From the NCBI RefSeq assembly GCF_000441555.1, contig NC_021885.1, forward strand, positions 420,001-452,000: a stretch of 32,000 nt of DNA. The letters are read 5' to 3'. The notes beneath the pieces were generated by a model. It did no database searches. It was given only the letters and a program-made list of their open reading frames with translations, and was not told the DNA's origin. Position numbers and translations under genes: made by a program. The stretch's first letter is position 1. Each line of letters opens with the position of its first letter. Of this stretch, positions 29,049 to 32,000 are shown piece after piece. This stretch comes from Candidatus Profftella armatura (GTDB taxonomy: Bacteria > Pseudomonadota > Gammaproteobacteria > Burkholderiales > Burkholderiaceae).

Positions 29049-30212
29049 TTACAAACCTGCAGAATTTTTTAATACTTCAGCTTTATCAGTTAATTCCCAT
29101 GTAAATTCTGGTTCTTTACGACCAAAATGACCATAAACTGAAGTTTTTTTATAAATCGGACGTAATAAATTAAGCATTTTTATAATATTTTTTGGTCGTA
29201 AATCAAAATGTTTTTTAACTAACATAGTTAATTTTTCGTCGCTTATTTTACCGCTACCAAAAGAAGTAACCATGATTGAAGTTGGTTTTGCTACTCCAAT
29301 TGCATAAGATATTTGTATTTGACAACGTTTTGCTAAATTAGCAGCAACAATATTTTTTGCTATATAACGTCCAACGTATGCAGCAGAACGATCAATTTTA
29401 GAAGGATCTTTCCCTGAAAAAGCTCCCCCACCATGAGGTGCCGCACCCCCATAAGTATCAACAATTATTTTACGACCAGTTAAACCACAGTCTCCTTTCG
29501 GTCCTCCAATTACAAATCTTCCTGTTGGATTAATTAAATAACGAGTATTTTTTAATAAATTTTTAGGAATTATTGGTCGAATAATTTCTTCTATTGCTGC
29601 TTCCTTAATAGATCTATATGGTATTTCTGGATCATGTTGAGTAGATAAGACAATCGTATCAATAGCTACCGGTTTTCCATTATCATATCTTAAAGTGACT
29701 TGAGATTTAGCGTCTGGACGTAACCAAGGTAAATTACCATTCTTTCGTAATTCTGATTGTCTTTTTACAATAAGATGAGAATAATAAATAGCAGAAGGCA
29801 TCAATTCTGGTGTTTCATCACAAGCATATCCAAACATTAAACCTTGATCTCCAGCTCCTTGATCAAAATTAAGTCCTTCTCCCTCATTAACTCCTTGAGC
29901 AATATCTAAAGACTGTTTATTATAAATTAATAATACCGCGCAACTTTTGTAATCAATACCATAATCAATATTATTATATCCAATATCCTTAATAGTTTTG
30001 CGTACTATATTGACATAATCAATATTAGCATCTGTCGTTATTTCTCCAGCTAAAACAATTAAATTATTATTACATAGTGTTTCAGCTGCAACTCGAGCTT
30101 TTAAATCTTTTAAAAAAATTTCATCTAATATAGCATCAGAAATTTGATCAGCAATTTTATCAGGATGACCTTCAGATACAGATTCTGAAGTAAAAAGATA
30201 ATCATTAGGCAT
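29049..30212 (-). CDS. metK: S-adenosylmethionine synthetase
   Basis: 387 aa. Motifs: [55 protein letters not shown]. Confidence 0.97.
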   Translation of the reverse strand: MPNDYLFTSESVSEGHPDKIADQISDAILDEIFLKDLKARVAAETLCNNNLIVLAGEITTDANIDYVNIVRKTIKDIGYNNIDYGIDYKSCAVLLIYNKQSLDIAQGVNEGEGLNFDQGAGDQGLMFGYACDETPELMPSAIYYSHLIVKRQSELRKNGNLPWLRPDAKSQVTLRYDNGKPVAIDTIVLSTQHDPEIPYRSIKEAAIEEIIRPIIPKNLLKNTRYLINPTGRFVIGGPKGDCGLTGRKIIVDTYGGAAPHGGGAFSGKDPSKIDRSAAYVGRYIAKNIVAANLAKRCQIQISYAIGVAKPTSIMVTSFGSGKISDEKLTMLVKKHFDLRPKNIIKMLNLLRPIYKKTSVYGHFGRKEPEFTWELTDKAEVLKNSAGL

Positions 30213-30333
30213 ACGTTAACTCCAATAAAAAATTTTTTGTGAACATATTCCTGTACCATTTTATCTTTTAAAAAATTTTATCATTTTTTTATTAATAAGT
30301 AAAATTATAAAATTTTTGTAAAAAAATATTAAC

Positions 30334-30969
30334 TTAATAACTATATAACATCTGTGTTATTATATTTTTAATATGATGTAATTTTTTATGGAAAAAATGT
30401 CCTCCACCTGGTATTACTACAACAGGAATATCTAATGGATTAGCCCATAAAAAAACATCTTTTAATGGGATAATTTCATCAAGTTCACCGTGAATTATAA
30501 TTGTATTTTTTGGAACTTCTGGTATTAACCATTTTTTAACAGCAACACTAATTAATATTAATATTTTAATTGATATTTCCTTATCTAAACGTTTTTGTAA
30601 TTTTGCTTGAACAAATGTACCAAATGAAAACCCGGCTAATATAATAGGGAGATATGGGTATTTTTTTTGAATATATCGTAATAAAATTTCCATATCATCA
30701 GTTTCTCCATTTCCTGAGTCATACGTACCACTTGATGCCCCAACTCCTCTAAAATTCATTCGAATTGATATATAACCTAAACTTAACATAACTCTAACTA
30801 GAGTTTGTACAACCTTATTGTCCATTGTTCCACCAAATAATGGATGAGGATGCGCTATCAATACAACACCTTTTAGTTTTAATAATTTTATTGAACTTGG
30901 AAAGTTAATAGCGCAATGAAGTATTCCAACAGAACCATTTATATTAAAAAATTTAGTATTAGAGATCAT
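30334..30969 (-). CDS. Alpha/beta-fold hydrolase (small, ~210-aa family)
   Basis: 211 aa. It has AHPHPLFGGTMDNKVV, a nucleophile elbow GFSFG, and late GELDEI and GGGHFF segments consistent with a Ser-Asp-His triad. Confidence 0.7.
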   Translation of the reverse strand: MISNTKFFNINGSVGILHCAINFPSSIKLLKLKGVVLIAHPHPLFGGTMDNKVVQTLVRVMLSLGYISIRMNFRGVGASSGTYDSGNGETDDMEILLRYIQKKYPYLPIILAGFSFGTFVQAKLQKRLDKEISIKILILISVAVKKWLIPEVPKNTIIIHGELDEIIPLKDVFLWANPLDIPVVVIPGGGHFFHKKLHHIKNIITQMLYSY

Positions 30970-31091
30970 AATATTGTAATATTGAAATAAGAATAAAAAT
31001 AATTTAAATTTTTAAAATATAAATTATATGATAAATTTATTTAATTATATTTACTATATAAAAAAATTTTCAATTTTAATTTTAAAATATT

Positions 31092-31889
31092 ATGAATATT
31101 TATTCACATTCTTTAAATACTTCACGTATTAAAAATTTATATTATAATTATAACACTGATACTAAAATTGATATTCGTACAATTCTTTCGACTAATTCCA
31201 CTAATTCAAATTTATTATCTATAGCAAATACTGGTCTATTGTTTCATCCAACATTTTTAGCAACGAAAATTCAAACTGCTGGACGAGGAAGGGCTGGTCG
31301 TATTTGGTATTCAGAACCAGAAATAACATTAACTTTTTCTCTCGCATGGAAATTTAAAATTTCTCTTAAATACTTAACTAGTTTACCTTTAGTAATTAGT
31401 ATCGCTTTATCTATCGCATTAAAAAAATTTGGACAAAAAGTACAATTAAAATGGCCAAATGATTTATTATTAAATGGTAATAAATTTTGTGGAATATTAA
31501 TTGATACATGTATTGAAAAAAAAAATAATAATTGGGCTATTATTGGAATAGGATTAAATCTCGGATTGCCACGTATATTAAGTAAAAAAATAAATATTGG
31601 TAATATTTCAGAATTATTAAATATGGAACATGAAAAATTATTAGCGGTATTTATTTGTTATTTAATTGATTCTTTAAAATTATTTGAACATTATGGTTTT
31701 TCTATATTTATGAAATATTGGAATTTTAATCACGCTTATACTAATAAAACTGTTGATATTTTAAAATTAAATAAAATTCAAAAAGGTATTGTTATTGGAA
31801 TTAATAAAAATGGTTGTTTACTATTAAATACTAAATTTGGTAAAATAACAATCTCCTCAGGAGATGTCTCGTTACGTTTGCAAAAATAA
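31092..31889 (+). CDS. birA: Biotin-[acetyl-CoA-carboxylase] ligase (no N-terminal HTH repressor domain evident)
   Basis: 265 aa. It has the biotin-binding loop QTAGRGRAGRIW, then KWPNDLLLNGNKFCGILID and a C-terminal SH3-like tail. Confidence 0.85.
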   Translation: MNIYSHSLNTSRIKNLYYNYNTDTKIDIRTILSTNSTNSNLLSIANTGLLFHPTFLATKIQTAGRGRAGRIWYSEPEITLTFSLAWKFKISLKYLTSLPLVISIALSIALKKFGQKVQLKWPNDLLLNGNKFCGILIDTCIEKKNNNWAIIGIGLNLGLPRILSKKINIGNISELLNMEHEKLLAVFICYLIDSLKLFEHYGFSIFMKYWNFNHAYTNKTVDILKLNKIQKGIVIGINKNGCLLLNTKFGKITISSGDVSLRLQK

Positions 31890-32000
31890 TATTCTTAAAT
31901 GAAGGACATATATTAATAAAATTTAAAATTTTCATAAAATTATTAAAATTTTTCCTATAATTGGCTTATAACAAATTATAATTTAAAATATTTTATATTT

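Noticed and set aside
1-32000. Alternative genetic code (TGA=Trp), mobile elements, prophage or a defence island
   Set aside because: All conserved proteins are full-length under the standard code, with Trp at TGG. I saw no transposase, integrase, terminal inverted repeats, toxin-antitoxin pair or restriction-modification genes. The only helicase-nuclease pair has AddAB motifs.

Overview
This is a strongly AT-rich, gene-dense chromosomal segment that looks like a reduced-genome (endosymbiont-like) proteobacterium. It is probably betaproteobacterial. That is an inference from gene content and order: trxA-rho, sucCD, metK-ahcY, proteobacterial-type AddAB, a ~507-aa class I fumarase, a TrxR-type ferredoxin-NADP reductase, and a tRNA(CAU) intron resembling the Azoarcus one. 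I can support 27 protein-coding genes, almost all housekeeping. They are: pnp 3' end; fumA; a rhodanese; fdxA plus FNR; the rpsP-rimM-trmD-rplS operon; a TerC-family protein; sucCD; rpoH; a PLD/Nuc-like protein; rpmE2; rho; trxA; addB and addA; the rpsU-dnaG-rpoD operon; rsmB; ahcY; metK; an alpha/beta hydrolase; and birA. There are also 4 tRNA genes (His-GTG, Phe-GAA, Lys-CTT, and a CAT-anticodon tRNA). The standard genetic code fits: full-length conserved proteins are obtained, and Trp is encoded by TGG. I found no transposase, integrase, CRISPR array, prophage or recognisable multi-gene defence island. The most interesting signal is therefore not a novel protein system. It is a tRNA(CAU) gene split by a ~271-nt group I intron with a well-conserved catalytic core. 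Secondary curiosities are: a decayed or non-canonical 5' end of rho; a ~190-bp tandem-repeat array between rho and rpmE2; a ~1.6-kb non-coding span holding only two tRNAs, a perfect 22-bp duplication and a possible frameshifted small ORF; a CVPC thioredoxin; and one conspicuous GC-rich hairpin between convergent genes. All homology statements come from reading motifs by eye. No database search was run.
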